A stretch of 64,000 nucleotides of DNA, taken from assembly GCF_009914755.1 (NCBI RefSeq), contig NC_060929.1; one strand, given 5' to 3'. A program made the translations under genes and the position numbers. Positions 28,495-42,909 of the stretch are shown here, one piece after another. Under the pieces are notes generated by a model. That model saw only the letters and a list, made by a program, of their open reading frames with translations, made no database searches and was not told the origin of the DNA. The DNA is from the human T2T-CHM13v2.0 reference genome, Homo sapiens. Within the stretch, counting starts at the first letter, position 1; each line of letters begins with the position of its first letter.

Positions 28495-28861
28495 TGTATT
28501 AGTCCATTTTCACTCTGCTGTAAAGAATTACCTGAGACTGGGTAATTTATAAAGAAAAGAAGTTTAATTGATTCACAATACTGCACGGCTGGGGAGGCCT
28601 CAGAAAACTTACAACCTTGGCAGAAGGCGAGGCACATCTTACATGGCGGCAGGAGAGAGAGAGAGATAGCCAGGGGTGAAGTGCCACAATTTAATACCAT
28701 CAGATCTTATGAGAACTCACTCACTATCAGAACGATGAGGGGGACATCTGCCCTCAGGATCTAATCACCTCCCACTAGGCCCCTCCTCCAACATGTGGAT
28801 ATTACAATTCGAGATGAGATTGGCGGGGGGTGGAGGGTGGACATAGAGCCAAACCATATCA
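28495..28861 (-). mobile_element. THE1/MSTA MaLR solo LTR
   Basis: tgtattagtccattttcac...cctgagactgggtaatttataaagaaaaga...gagccaaaccatatca; TG...CA ends. Confidence 0.9.
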
Positions 28862-28944
28862 CTTTGGCTTACTCAATACTGAACTAAATCAAAATCAAAC
28901 CTGAATTTTCAATTATGACTGAAATGTAACCTACAGAGTAGTAG

Positions 28945-29543
28945 GAAGTATTCTACAACCGACTCCTAGATTTCTCTCCCCTGAGTGTCCATATCCTGCA
29001 TAATCTCCAGGACTGTCAGGACAATGGATTTTATTACTATGCTTATGCTATGTCATATGACACAGTTAATCTTCAAATAAGATTATTTGGGTGGGCCTAA
29101 CCCTATCACATGAGACCTGTAAAGCAGAAAGTTTTTTCCAAGTGTAAGAAAAGGAAGTCCAAAACACATACTCCAGCCAGCTTGGAAGAAAGCAAATACA
29201 TGTGTTAAAGCTGTGGATGCAGAGAAGCAACCTGCAGGAGTTGAACTACCTACACCCCAGCTCACAGCTGGCAGTAACAAAGGAAACCTCAATCTTAAGA
29301 GAGCAAGGAAGTGTCTTCTATCAACAATATGAATTATCTTCAAAGCTGCTTCTTCCCTAAGAGCCTCAAGAGACGAACACAGCCCTGCTGACACCTTGGT
29401 TTCAATCTTGTGAGACCCTGAGCAAAGAACTCATTCACACTGGGCTGAATTTTTGCCTGCAGAACTGTGAGTTAATAAATAAGGGTTATTTTCAGCTGCT
29501 AAGTTTATGGAAATTTGAAATGCAGCAATAGAATACTAGTACA
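28945..29543 (+). mobile_element. MLT1 (D/E-like) LTR
   Basis: gattatttgggtgggcctaaccctatcacatgag...cagccctgctgacaccttggtttcaatcttgtgagaccctgagc...gcagcaatagaatactagtaca. Confidence 0.8.
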
Positions 29544-30379
29544 GATAAATACTGAAATCTAATATTTGCATTACTTCATTTAAAAAGAAATCATGCCTTA
29601 AGAGTAAAGAGAATTTTTATTTCTCGGTTATGTGCTATAGTTCTCTGATACATTTTAATTTGTTTGCTTATTTATTTTTCCCTGCCAGTATCCTCTCTCC
29701 ACTATTTCTGGTTGACACTTCTGCCCCTTCGTTTTATCAGTGTTTTGATACCTATCCTCTCTGTGAATACAGTGATATTGGTAATTACTGTATTTTGTCC
29801 CTTACCCACAGGCTGAGCAAGAGTCTTAGGTCTGGCCAATAATCATGGGCAGCTTTTTAGAAAAAAGAGTAGTTGCTTCATTACTCAGATGGTCCCCACC
29901 TCATCTTGTGCACTGGACAACGTAATAGAGTCCCTTCTAAAAATGGAGAAAATAGAGACTACACACAAAGGGAGACAGAGGTAAGAAAATTAAGAAAAGA
30001 AGAAAGGAGTTCTGACAACATCATATCAATTCCAACAAGTATTCTTGACTTTTCCACATACAATGTACTCATCAGTCTCTTACTCTGAATTTGTTTTTGT
30101 TACTCTAAAGAACAACAACAAAAAAGAAAAACAATATTCGGCCTAAGTGACCCCCAAAACACAATTTCCTACTTTCTTTTCCATGCAACTGGCATTTATT
30201 GAATACTCATTGTATTCAAGTTTCACAGATTTGGAACAAGTTCATCATTATGTCCCCAGAGGTAACCTGGGAAGAGAAACCTTGTTCCACATCAAAGTCA
30301 GTACAGCAGGTTTTGCTACTGCTTCATCATTTATACAGTTGGAAACAACTCTGTTTCTTCTACTAGGTCAAAGTGAAAT

Positions 30380-30921
30380 TGAGAGGTGAAGCCGGCTGGG
30401 CTTCTGGTCTGGTGAGACTTGGAGAACTTTTCTGTCTAGCTAAACGATTGTAAACACACCAATCAGCGTTCTGTGACTAGCTAAAGATTTGTAAACACAC
30501 CAATCAGTACTCTGTAAAAACGGACCAATCAGCACTCTGTAAAATGGACCAATCAGCAGGATGTGGGCAGGGCCAAATAAGGTAATAAAAGCTGGCCACC
30601 TGAGCCAGCAACGGCAACGGAGTGGGGTCCTCTTCTACACTGTGGAAGCTTTGTTCTTTTGCTCTTGCTGCTGCTCACTCTTTGGGTCTGCACTACCTTT
30701 ATGAGCTGTAACACTCACGGTGAGGGTCTGCCGCTTCACACCTGAAGTTAGTGAGACCAGGAACCCACCAGAAGGAAGACACTCCAGACACATCTGAACA
30801 TTGGAAGGAACAAACTCCGGACACACCACGTTTAAGAACTGGAACACTCACCGCGATCACGGCTTAGTGCTTGAAGTCAGCGAGACCAAGAACCTACCGG
30901 AAGGAACCAATTCCAGACACA
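30380..30921 (+). mobile_element. LTR12 (LTR12F-like) ERV9 solo LTR, complete
   Basis: TGAGAGGTGAAGCC...CCAGACACA with 4-bp TSD AAAT (30376-30379 and 30922-30925); tandem ccaatcagc units and typical LTR12 R/U5 text. Confidence 0.93.
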
Positions 30922-32094
30922 AAATGTCAGCCAATCCAAACTTATGAAGGAGGGAAGTCTGGGCTGTTGATCTAGTGTGTAGTGAGCTCAGTATAGAGGA
31001 CAGAGCTTTCATCATGTAAATTGATATGCAAAGCCAAATGAAACGTGGTGTGTACTTCCTACTGATGCGTCAGGGTATAGGCCTCTTTTTCTGCCATTCA
31101 AATAATGGAAGTTAATTAAATTTTAAACAAATGTATAGATTCATTAGTTTTACTGTGCTCCATGCCAGTATTCTCCAACTCAGCCATCCTAAGCATTTTT
31201 TAAAACAGGGGATTTTTGAAAATGAAAGCTTAGCAGCCACCTCATTATACTAAATGTCTGTGGAAAAATGCGGGGCCAGGGTTCAGTTTCTCCCCACTCC
31301 CCTTTCCCAATTCATAATCATAGGCACATACAGGAAGTATCACCGTAATTCACAGAACACATTTAAATCTTCTGCTTGAAACTTTGTGGTACCACTATTT
31401 GGCTACTCCAAGCTAACCTCTCTCCTATCCTTTTCTGAGGGAAACGCTTTGTGCTCAACATAATTTTTGTTTCATTCCAAGTTTTGATGCTGATTGCATA
31501 AAAAAAAGCCCACAACTACTGCTGTATTTTTAGTTTAAAACAGGCTTTATTTAGTGCCTTATAAAATGTTGAGTACTTTTGCTTCCGTGATCATGCTATG
31601 CTTACAGATATAAAAATTGCCACCCATTTTATGTCTTGAATCCTTCCCTGAGTAGTCGGCATAACATTTGTTGGTTCTGAGTACACGTTGGTGCTAATGA
31701 AGCTTGAAATTTATTGACCTTCTCATAAGAAGGAGAATAATGAGATATTTGAGCAGTCGGCTCAGGTACTTATAAGTTCACACACACGTTTTTTTTTTTT
31801 TTTTTTTTTTTTTTTCCAATGCCTGCTTGAAGTGTAGACCATGTCTTTCTCGTACTAGAACTATTTCTACTACGATTCTTGAGCTGGCCATTCTAGAGCT
31901 TTGCACATTCCTTGTCTGAAGGGATCGGCCCTCGCCATGCCAGCTGCCTCCCAACCATAGGTAGCTCCTAAACCAAATTATACTTGTGATCAGGTATTGC
32001 AAAAATAATGTTAGTGTAATATAAATTGGTAAGAAGAAAGTATAGATTTTAAAAGAAAACCAAATGGTCTTCATGCATGGCTTCTGTTGGCATA

Positions 32095-32288
32095 AAATCA
32101 GGCCGCTGGAACTAGGAACTTCCTTAGAGAACATTGTTTCAATTACTTCATTTCACAAATGAGGAAATTGAGAATCAGGAAGGCTAAGTGATTTCCCCAA
32201 TATCTTCCATAGAGCAAGTTAATTACAGAAATCAGAATAGAAACTGGGTTATCCAGTCCTCTGCCCAGGGTTCTTTCCATTACACCAA
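32095..32288 (-). mobile_element. MIR fragment
   Basis: catttcacaaatgaggaaattgagaatcag...aagtgatttcccca...ttctttccattacacca. Confidence 0.7.
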
Positions 32289-32779
32289 ATAAAATTACCT
32301 GCTGCTGTTTGGGCTAGATGGCTCATTATAGGGGCCTTTTAATGTTTCATAAATCAAAATATTATGTTCCTATAAAATTTAAAACAGTTAAAAATAAAAC
32401 AAGTTTTGTTTTCTGATGGTTTCAGATAAAATACATTACATTAAATGGATTTCATATGTAAATGTGTTACCGCATTTATATGAGGAAAAATTCCACCAGA
32501 AAGCATTAGGAACTGAGAATTGATGGCTGCCAGGATTAGAAAGGATGACATCAAGTTCAAGCTCCAGTAGCAACACAGAAAAATATAACATGGAGTAAAA
32601 TTAGTAGATAGAAGCGTCATTATCTGACTTGGGTGTGTTTGAAGAGAAAAATGTAAATCAAAAGAAATGGGATTATTTGTTTATTAATAATGACATTAAT
32701 ATTTTCTATTTGAATAATTGCTATAGACCTATGAATTATTTTATAGATATTATCTTCTTTGACATTATTAATAATCGTT

Positions 32780-32915
32780 TTCTTCTTAGCAATCAAGATG
32801 AGGGGGCTAAACCTTGGGATATTAAAGTATTTGTCCAGCATATTGCAGCAAACAGGTTCAGAGTCTGGGAACGAAACTCAGGTGTCCTGACTTTGTCTCA
32901 ATAATGCATTTTCTC
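32780..32915 (-). mobile_element. MIR fragment
   Basis: agatgagggggctaaacc...aactcaggtgtcctgact. Confidence 0.45.
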
Positions 32916-35479
32916 TGGTTTTATTTTAAATTTTACTGTAATCTATTTTAGAAGCTTTTCAACAATGAAAAAGAATACTGTTCCTCCAATATTTATCCCT
33001 GTTTAAAGGGCCCAAAGTTGTGGCCATGAAGAAGCAGTAAATGATGAATATTTTCTGCACTTCACATCTTTTATCACATGTTATATATTGTGGGGCATAA
33101 AATTTTATGAAATTATAGTTACATGCCTGAAATGGATTTTAAATCTCTTCATTTTCTATGTCAAAAGTGAGAGCTGTAAACCTGAAAAATTAAAGCTGCA
33201 GTGTAATTTATCTTATCCATAAATAGTTTACTATACATTACACAGTTTGAAGTAAACAATAGACCGGACTTAAAAATGATATTTCTCCATGGAAAACTAT
33301 GTGATAAATACTAGAGATGCCATGAATATAACTGAAATTATATCACTTAAATATAGACAGAAGATTCTCTACTTTCTACTTTTACCTTCTTTCTCTCATA
33401 GTCAAAAGATATGAAAATGTCAAATAATATGCATATTTTAAAGTTGTTTGCACTGCAAATAGATAAGCGAAATCGATCTGCAAATTTCCAAGCTAAGAGA
33501 TGATTATATCTAAAGTAATTCACCTGATTATTTAGGATTGCCTGTAAAATCTACAATGATTTTATTCCTCACAATATTGTTTTCCAATTTGGGGTAGGAG
33601 CTAAAAGTTATTGTATGACATCAAGTGATTTGAGGGATGAGAATGTGTTTCCTTAGCAGGAAAACTTGCTGAAAAGAAGAGAGATTTTTTAAAAAGTTCT
33701 TGCTTTGACCTGTCTGGATCAGATGGTTTAAGGCTACAACACGAGGCCAATATCTGTATGTGAAGGAGACAGAAACATCAATGTTTGGAGTATATATTGA
33801 CCTTCATTCTTACTTTGTCGTTATTCTCTTATGTAACTGTTAATTTTTCCCTTCCTTGGCTCTATGTATTTAATTATAATAAGCTTTACCTACAAGCAAA
33901 ACAAACCAAACATGAACAATGAAAACTACTTTTGGTCATGTAGAAGAAACAGCAGTCAATAAAGGAGAGAATGAAACTAGAATCTTTTTTAAACTAAATC
34001 TGAGAAAAGTGTAAGCTTTCAAAATTTTAAATATATATATACATTTGCACTTCAGTGATAGTGCAATTCCAGTCCTTCCACCACAGATCATGTGTAGTTT
34101 TATCTATTAGCATAATGTTAGTTTTCTCTTGCATCTTATGTTGAGTTTACGTAGTACAGAGGACACAAATAGTTCCCTGCTTAAAATGAGAACTAATCCT
34201 TTTGTGTTATTAATAATTACAATATCAAAGTTTACATTAAAATTTTTAAAAATGTCTGTACAAAATATCAGAAAAATCAGCCTTCTTCCTTATAATTGGC
34301 TGGGTAAAGTTTCACTGATGTTAGATCTTTATAAAATATTTTAAGGGTCAGCATTTTAAGCAGAATAGCAGTAAATAGTTCCTTACATAAAAGCAAACTT
34401 AAACATATGACAGTGTCTTCTCGTGTGTCATTTGAATGAGGGAACCACAGCTGGTCTCCTGAGAAGCTGTTCTACCCTTCATTGCATGATAGACAGTACC
34501 CTAGGCTCTGTCTTTCTTTGTTCTTTTCCTTCTCAAGGGAAGGTTTCTTCCTTCAAAATGAGGCATAGATAAAGAGGGATCTTATATTTACTATAACTTA
34601 TGCATGTTTAATTGTTTTAAAACACAATACAGAGAAAATTAAATACCACAAATGAAAGTATTTCATCTTAAAGTTTGCCTTAACGGTCTCCGTTTCCATT
34701 CACAGTGCTTAGAGGTGAAGTGCTTCCACCATTTACAATTTGCAGCAGGACATACTGGCAGGAAATCTTTATTAAAGCAATAGTAGCCCTTTCCTTTTTT
34801 CTTTATTTATTTTACAAACCAACCCTTAGTTACTATGCTTTAGCTGAGACTTACCAATTTTTCTTCAAGTATCAATTAAGGTAGACATATTATTCATCAT
34901 GAGAGAATTACCATTCAGTATTCTCTGGGTGCTTTTTCTCACATACTTTTATCTTGGTCTTAAAAATGAAGCACCAACATTTAAAAGGCAAACATGAGAC
35001 CATCTCTTCTGACACCACCATTGTATCTAATATTGTCTGATTCAAAATGTGGGTCTAAAAGCAAATGAAAATTGACTTTCTTTTCCAACTCGGCACACAA
35101 ACCCATTGAACTGTCCCTTCAGGTTTGATGCGCTATCAGTTAACACTGCACTATTTTCACAAGAAATATGATTTGATCTGAGAAGAACTGCAGCAGCCTG
35201 AAACATATATTCCCAGATCATGTCTCTCAGAGTACCGTAGCCATTAAATGTCTTCTATAATGTTCGTGATAAATCTGAGTATTAGTGAACAATATCTGTT
35301 AAAGGCATCTCTTTGGAACTTCAAGTCTAGTGTACAGGTGCGCATCTGCAATGGGCTTTTCCAGTCATAAATGTCGATAGGTCAATCTATCAAGGTTTTC
35401 CTCAAACAAGTATATATACTCAGCACTAGTGAAGTTTTATTTTTTAGAATTTATTTTGTATCTCTAGGTGGATATAATG

Positions 35480-35660
35480 TAGAATATCACTTAAATGCAT
35501 AGACTTTAAAATCAACTGCCTGGGTTTGGTGCTATGACCTTGGGCAAAATAATTAACTTTGTATGTGTAAAAGGGAAATAACTGTGGCAGTTGGGAGAAT
35601 TAAATAAAATAATAAAAAATTAAGAGTTTAGTACAATGCAAATACTTTTGCACTACTAGG
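35480..35660 (+). mobile_element. MIR fragment
   Basis: agactttaaaatcaactgcctgggttt...tgaccttgggcaaaataattaac. Confidence 0.6.
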
Positions 35661-35792
35661 CATTACCTAGTATTTCCTTCCACCCATTTGTGTCTAGTTT
35701 CTTTTTCCCATGGTTGTTTGAGCCGATCTGCTCATTTGCTGTTATTAATGAAGTTCAGTCACAGTGTAGAAATGTGACTCCTGCTATTTGCT

Positions 35793-35944
35793 TTTTCTTT
35801 TCTTTTTTCTTATTAAAATTATTTTGTACAGATGGAATCTTGCTATGTTGCCCAGGCTTGTTTTGAACTCCTGGCCTTAAGCTAGTCTCTTGCCTTGGCC
35901 TCCCAAAGCTCTGGGATTACAGGTGTGAGCCACCACACTCAGCC
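35793..35944 (-). mobile_element. FLAM/Alu left monomer
   Basis: cttgctatgttgcccaggct...cctcccaaagctctgggattacaggtgtgagccacc; single arm. Confidence 0.85.
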
Positions 35945-37165
35945 CCATGTGCTGTTTCTTATGCTTAATGTTTTTTGGTTATTTGTTTTTATCTTTGACA
36001 GCCTGAGCCAATATCTATGTGTACTAGGAAAATGCCACATAGAACACTGAGCCTGGCATCACATCAGCCGTTGGCCTGAGTGCAAATGATATCTGCAAGA
36101 CCAAACAGATAAAGCTATATGTGTAAGTCTCAGAAAGAGCAGGAGGACTCAACTTTGGTGAACACTTTATCTAGTTAATTCAACAAATAAGCAAGGGGTG
36201 GGACTCAACCTCTTCATTCTTACTGTAGCAATCTGGAATCAGTCCATCACCATGACTGTTTCCAGGTGTAAAATGACATAATTACTCATTAATCTCCACT
36301 TAGAAAGTGTGTATTGCTACTGGCTGGAAATACTGCAGCAACCAGGAGGACCTTCACATTTCTACCATGTGGAAGAATTAAAGATTATTACATTCTGTCT
36401 TCAAGTGATGATCGGATAGTGCACAAATATTTTACGTGCCATACATGTAAATTCAGCCAATGTGCAATTTAGTTTACAATATTCTTCAGCTGCAAAAGGG
36501 TACTTATACTTTCTTTAATATCTATTCAGCTCGAAAAAAAGCCTATCATATCTATTAAAATCAATAGACTTTTTACTTTGCATTTGTTGTTTACTTACAT
36601 TATTAGAAAAAAGAAGTAATCAGTGCTGTAGAAAATTTCATTGATGCAGTTTTCCTTTTCCTGAATATTTTATAAATTAGAAAATAAAGGCCAAGACATA
36701 TTAAATAACTTGCCCAATCCTAGGTAGCTGGAACATAGGGAGTAAAAACACAGACGTGACTTCACCCTCTAAATTTGTCACCATTAATTGTTGTAGCTTT
36801 CAGCAAATGATTACTTCAGAACATTAAATCATAAGACAATGAGATACACTATCTTTGATTTCACTGAAGCTAGTGAACATCTATTTTAAGCAATGTCTTT
36901 AACAGTTTCTTAGCCTTTTGGGATCTGATTGCAAAGTTGTTAATGAGCATGACAGTCACTGCTAGAGGCCTACCCGATATCCCGTCCCCCTCCTCCTTAT
37001 TAATAGAATCCTTCCATGTCACAGCATGTATCATCAATGGCTGTATTTTGCCCAATTAAAATGCTCACTCCTCCCAGAATGCCTCAGAGCTAGAGTACAC
37101 ATGTGACTCCATTTCACCTTATGCAGTAAACATGGGAAAAATCTTTTGGGGCTTTTTAGGAAAAG

Positions 37166-37385
37166 TTTTTTTAATTATTTTATTCTATTTTTTAACTTTT
37201 AGGTTCAGGAGTACATGTGCAGGTAAATTGAGTGTCATGGGGGTTTGGTGTACAGATTATTTCATCACCCAGGTTATAGGCATGGTACCCAATGGCTAGA
37301 TTTTCATTCTGCACCCTCCTCCTTCCCTCTGCCCTCGAGTAGGCCCTGCCTGTTGTTCCTTTCTTTGTATCCACCTGTACTCATA
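37166..37385 (-). mobile_element. Old L1PA (about PA15/16) 3' end, inserted within a degraded MLT1-like LTR
   Basis: ttttaggttcaggagtacatgtgcagg...cagattatttcatcacccagg...gtacccaat. Confidence 0.8.
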
Positions 37386-40334
37386 CTGCATATACTTTTT
37401 GCTGCTTTTTTTTTTAAATCTCTCCCATTTTTTCCTTTGTCTTTTCCATGGCTTGCCCAAATAATGATTAGAGATGCAGAAACTGGTTTACGATCATAAA
37501 AAAGAAAGCCACATGTTTGATTGAGAAATTAAAAGGTCCTTTTTTGATGTTATCATGGAGTTGCTGTATAAGACCCAGGATGCCAATCTTTGGGTTGCTG
37601 TATAAGACCCACGAGAAAAATAAATCCCTCTTTAAGAGATTATAATTGGATTTCCATTCTGTGCTGCTGAATCCAAATCTGACCTAGGAAATTACTAGGT
37701 CAGTATTTTTCTTCATGCAGCAGTGTTTATACTTGTAAAAGTTATTTATGACTTTATAGGAAGAATCATATCAGTGTAAAACATATGTAAAAGAGAGACT
37801 CCAAAACTCATTTAGTTTGCTCTATACTAGTCAGTAAATTTAAAATGAAAAATATTCCAAACATTTTTATTGATAGTCATTTAATTTTGTATTTTTAAAT
37901 GACAAATGAATACTTTATGCAAAGAAAACTTACTATGAACTCTCTAATAAATAATGAAACAATTATTTTGTAAAACATTTTAAAAAGACAAGAACATTTA
38001 AAGGGAAATGATCTGTATTGAGAATACAGAGCTACCCTTTTGTTACAAATCAGGTAACTGTTCTATATACTATTTTGCATAAAACTGCTATAAAGTTTGT
38101 ATTTTAATAATGCAGTTTTCCATTTTGTAAATATATTTTCTTACAAAATATGAGATACATTTAAAAAATGATATTTATTCATTGGATTTATTCTCCATAT
38201 CCCTTCTAAAATATAATTAAAATTCAATTAAATCATTTACAAATTGTCTGGTTTTAATTTATCTGATTGAGCATCTGTAAATAATGTGTTTGAGCAAAAT
38301 TCACTTTTTTATAAAATTGCAAGTATGGGTATCTTTTAGGGACATGTGGGTGACTCTTTCAATATAGAAGATCACACAAAATTTGGCCATAACATGTCAC
38401 ATATCTCCATAGCCTAGAGACACATCATGAAATAAAGTATTTCATTAGCCTGCTGGGACAAGATTCAGTGTGCACAGCAATATGGAAAAAAAAATCAATA
38501 TAACGAACATTTTCATAAGCTCAGATTTCCTGATTAAAGTATGATTCTCTGAAGACTGATTCAAAATGGATATAAATATAAATACTTTCTCACTGAGCAC
38601 TCTAAGAGAAAGTTTGGAACACATTCTATTTTGAGCATTATAAATTGTGCTTTCAAAAATGATATAGCTAAAGAAAATTATTTAAACAAAAAGGGGCTTT
38701 TGATTTAGTGGATATATGCCTAAAAACTGCATAGTTTTCACTTTAATAATACCTGTATGGGAAATATATATGGGTGTTAAGGGATCTTATTGCCAGAGAA
38801 TGGAATTTGCTTTTATAAATTTATGAATAATTCTTGCCTTATATAATATATATAAAATTTTCAGTATGATGCATGTATATTAAAATGTATAAAAAGAACT
38901 ATAATCGTCACATTTTCTCCAAGCATTTATGTGAACAACATGTGAGCTAGGGAGAGAATCAGAGGTTTATTTAACTGGAATTAGTTAATGAAGTCATCTG
39001 TCACCGTTAATTTCTTGCCTTGCTATTCCGTTATCAAAGCAACTGAAATGATCTTAAAAGCCAACCATTACAATCATTAATACTCAAAGTAAATATTACA
39101 TTTATAGATGCAGTAATCTCAAGCCTAGCACTTTCATTCAATCATAGATTCTATCATATGAAGAAAGCCAAAGAGACAATTTCAGAGTAAACATTGTTAA
39201 TGGAAATTACGTTTTGAAAGGGCCTCAATTACATTGGCAGTGGGCCGTCCTCTGAGCACCATAAGAAAATGTAATTTCATTGAATAATTCTAGTGTTGCA
39301 TTGACTGGAATCAAAAAGTGAGTAATTCATTTGCACTTATAAAAGGAAAAATACTTCACTACCACACAGAAAGTGGAGAAAAAGCACACTGGACTGTGAG
39401 CTTCTAAAGGGAATATTTCCCCAAGACCCATCTTCATAGTCAATAAATAAATGTTTATTTGTTTCGTTTCATGAAAGAATAAATGATCAGCAGGCCCCCG
39501 CTTCCACAAAAAAAAAAAAAAAAAAAAAAAAAGGATTTACATTTAGGTTAAATTCCAGAAGTGTAATACTAAGAAGTGTCTTTTTTAATTTAAAGCTTCA
39601 TGCTATGTTAAAACGTTTTTGGCTCAAAATTGTCTTCTTTTTTTGTCCCATTTCTGTCTCAGCACTTTGAAATAGTAATTTAGTTTTACAAATGGAAATG
39701 ATTTGACTAAGAACAGGAGGGTCTGATGCTGAAAAATCCTCAAATCCTGGATCCAGATTCAATGTATTTATCTTGATATCAGTGAATGAGAATACAAATG
39801 TACGCATTAAACCTCAGTCCATTTCTCTTCCATTCTTCTAAAACAGCCACCCATTAATTTCTTACCTCTGTTCATTATTAAGCAGAACACATATGGTTTG
39901 CATTTTCATAAGACGCTTGTAAACTATTCCTTCCTCATGCTGTTTTTCTGTAGTAATTGTCAAAGCTAGTTATGAAGCCACTCTCAGTGCATAGAAATCC
40001 TACACTGAACCCCACTGGAGAAATGAGGGGACTAGTGTACATTGTTAGCAATAGGAAGGTTCATATTTCACTCAGTCAAACCTAAATCCTTGGAGTGGCC
40101 TTCAAGTTCCTACACTTTCTGGCCCCTACACTCATTCTCACTGTTTCCTTAACCTCATTTCCTATTACTCTCTTCTCACTGTTCATGCACGCTGCCCTGC
40201 CACCTCAGGGAGTTTGCACTGCTGTTCCCATACCTAGAGAGCTATTCCCTAGATATCCGCATGGCTAATTCTCACTTCTTTCAGTCCACATTGTTGCTGA
40301 AATATCAACCAAATTGAGTATTGTTGTCAATCCC

Positions 40335-41190
<856 letters not shown>

Positions 41191-41864
41191 ATCCCATTTT
41201 AAAATGCAACCTGCTTTGACCTCAAACGCTCTTGATCTTTCTAATTGTTGTGATCTACTTAAAAAAAAAAAAAACCCACTGGCCATTTTTTAATGTATTG
41301 TATTAAAACATTTTTACCTGATATTTATTGTTTCTTTATCATTCTACTGGACCTTAACTTCTATGAGAGCAGAGATATTGCCTGTTTTACACTGCAAATA
41401 TACCCAAACCACTCAAAACAGTGTTTTGTTTACTGCCACTATTAGATACTTTTTGAATTAATGAATTTATAATCAGTCCTTCAATTATTTTTTCCTAAAT
41501 TGCCTGAAATTGTATACCTAGTCAACTTACTCTCCTACTCTCTGCAATGGGTTTTCAAATGTATTCAAACTTATGGTTACCTTAGAACTTCTAGTGCCAA
41601 CCCTTTACCTTTGCAGCTTATAGGTCACCTTTGTGCTCAGGTTGGCTCAATCCTATGGAAAAGCTTTCTATCCTCTTTCTACCAACTACTAAAGCTTTTT
41701 ATCATTTTCTTTTGGAAACATATTTCTTTGGCTTCTGAGGCATCCCACTGACCTGATTTTCTGTCTCCTCATCTGGCCCTCTTTATCAGTTTCCTGTGCA
41801 TGGTTATACTTCCTTGCCCCACTTATTGGGTAACTCTATGTCTGTGTTTCAGGCCACCTCTCTT

Positions 41865-42002
41865 CTTTTAATTTTTTTTTTAATATAGATGGGGGTCTCA
41901 CTATATTGACCAAGGTGGTCCCAAACCCCTGGCCTCAAGCAGTTCTCCCATCTTGGCCTCTCAAAGTGCTGGGATTACAGGCATGAGACACTGTGCCCAG
42001 CC
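41865..42002 (-). mobile_element. FLAM/Alu left monomer
   Basis: agatgggggtctcactatattgacc...gtgctgggattacaggcatgagacactgtgcccagcc. Confidence 0.85.
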
Positions 42003-42606
42003 AAGCCCACCTCTCTGCTTATTTGAAATGCTTTCTCGGGTAATTTCATTCATTTTTACAGCCTCAATCCTTATTAATACACCTAAATATCCCTCTCATC
42101 TAAACTTCTGCTTTTAAGTTCCAGTCTATTGTTTCAGTCTCTACCCAGATGTCTCAAAACTTTATGTCTATAAATGTGTAAATAACAAGAACTTGATCTA
42201 TTTAGAAATTATATAATAGTAAACATTACTCATAATTTAACTGTGAAAACACCACAGTTTTGAATCTTATGTCTGAAGGCTTTAGTGAGTTCACCTATAG
42301 ATATAACATTTACAAACTAATAGGTGAGAGATTGGGCTTTGAGTCAGATATTGGTTTGAGTCCATGCTCTGTTCTTTTTAACTTCATTAGTTTTCTTATC
42401 TTCTCTATTTCTCAGGGTCCTCATCTGTATAATCTGATCACTGACAGTAACTAGCACATTAGGTCGCTCTAAGCATGAAAATAGGTAATGCATGTGAAGT
42501 GTTCACACTGTAACAACCTTGCATTAATCCCTCAGAACAGCTTTTTATTATTATTAAAATTAGTATTATGTTTTATTTTCCTGTTTATCTCAAATTATAA
42601 ACTTTA

Positions 42607-42701
42607 TAAATAATACGAGTCATTTCCTTTAATATTGGCCTATGAATCATAAACAAATAATTCATAGGCCAATATTAAAGAGAATGAACTCATGTTATTT
42701 A
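42607..42701. repeat. Inverted repeat/hairpin with a perfect 21-bp core stem and 12-nt loop
   Basis: ctttaatattggcctatgaat (42627-42647) pairs with attcataggccaatattaaag (42660-42680), with an imperfect extension of about 20 bp. Confidence 0.9.
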
Positions 42702-42909
42702 AAATTATTTATTTACACTTTTGACAATAAAAACAGAATTACCAACCAGTTGCATTCAAGTCACTAAATTAATTGTTTTAGAAAATCTCTATTCTTGGAT
42801 TGCATAGGAAAAATCTAGTGTAACAGTAGATAGCACTATATAAGGAAACCAATAAAGGTAATAAAAGACAGATCCTGGACTTATCTTCTCGTGTATTAAC
42901 ATTAAATGA

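Noticed and set aside
30440-30560. Regularly spaced repeats resembling a CRISPR-like array
   Set aside because: These are the normal tandem CCAAT units of the LTR12 U3 region in eukaryotic DNA, with no unique spacers or cas genes.
31788-31815. Isolated poly(T) run as the tail of a minus-strand retrocopy
   Set aside because: No poly(A) signal at the expected distance, no TSD and no recognisable body. Treated as a mononucleotide repeat next to a (CA)n.
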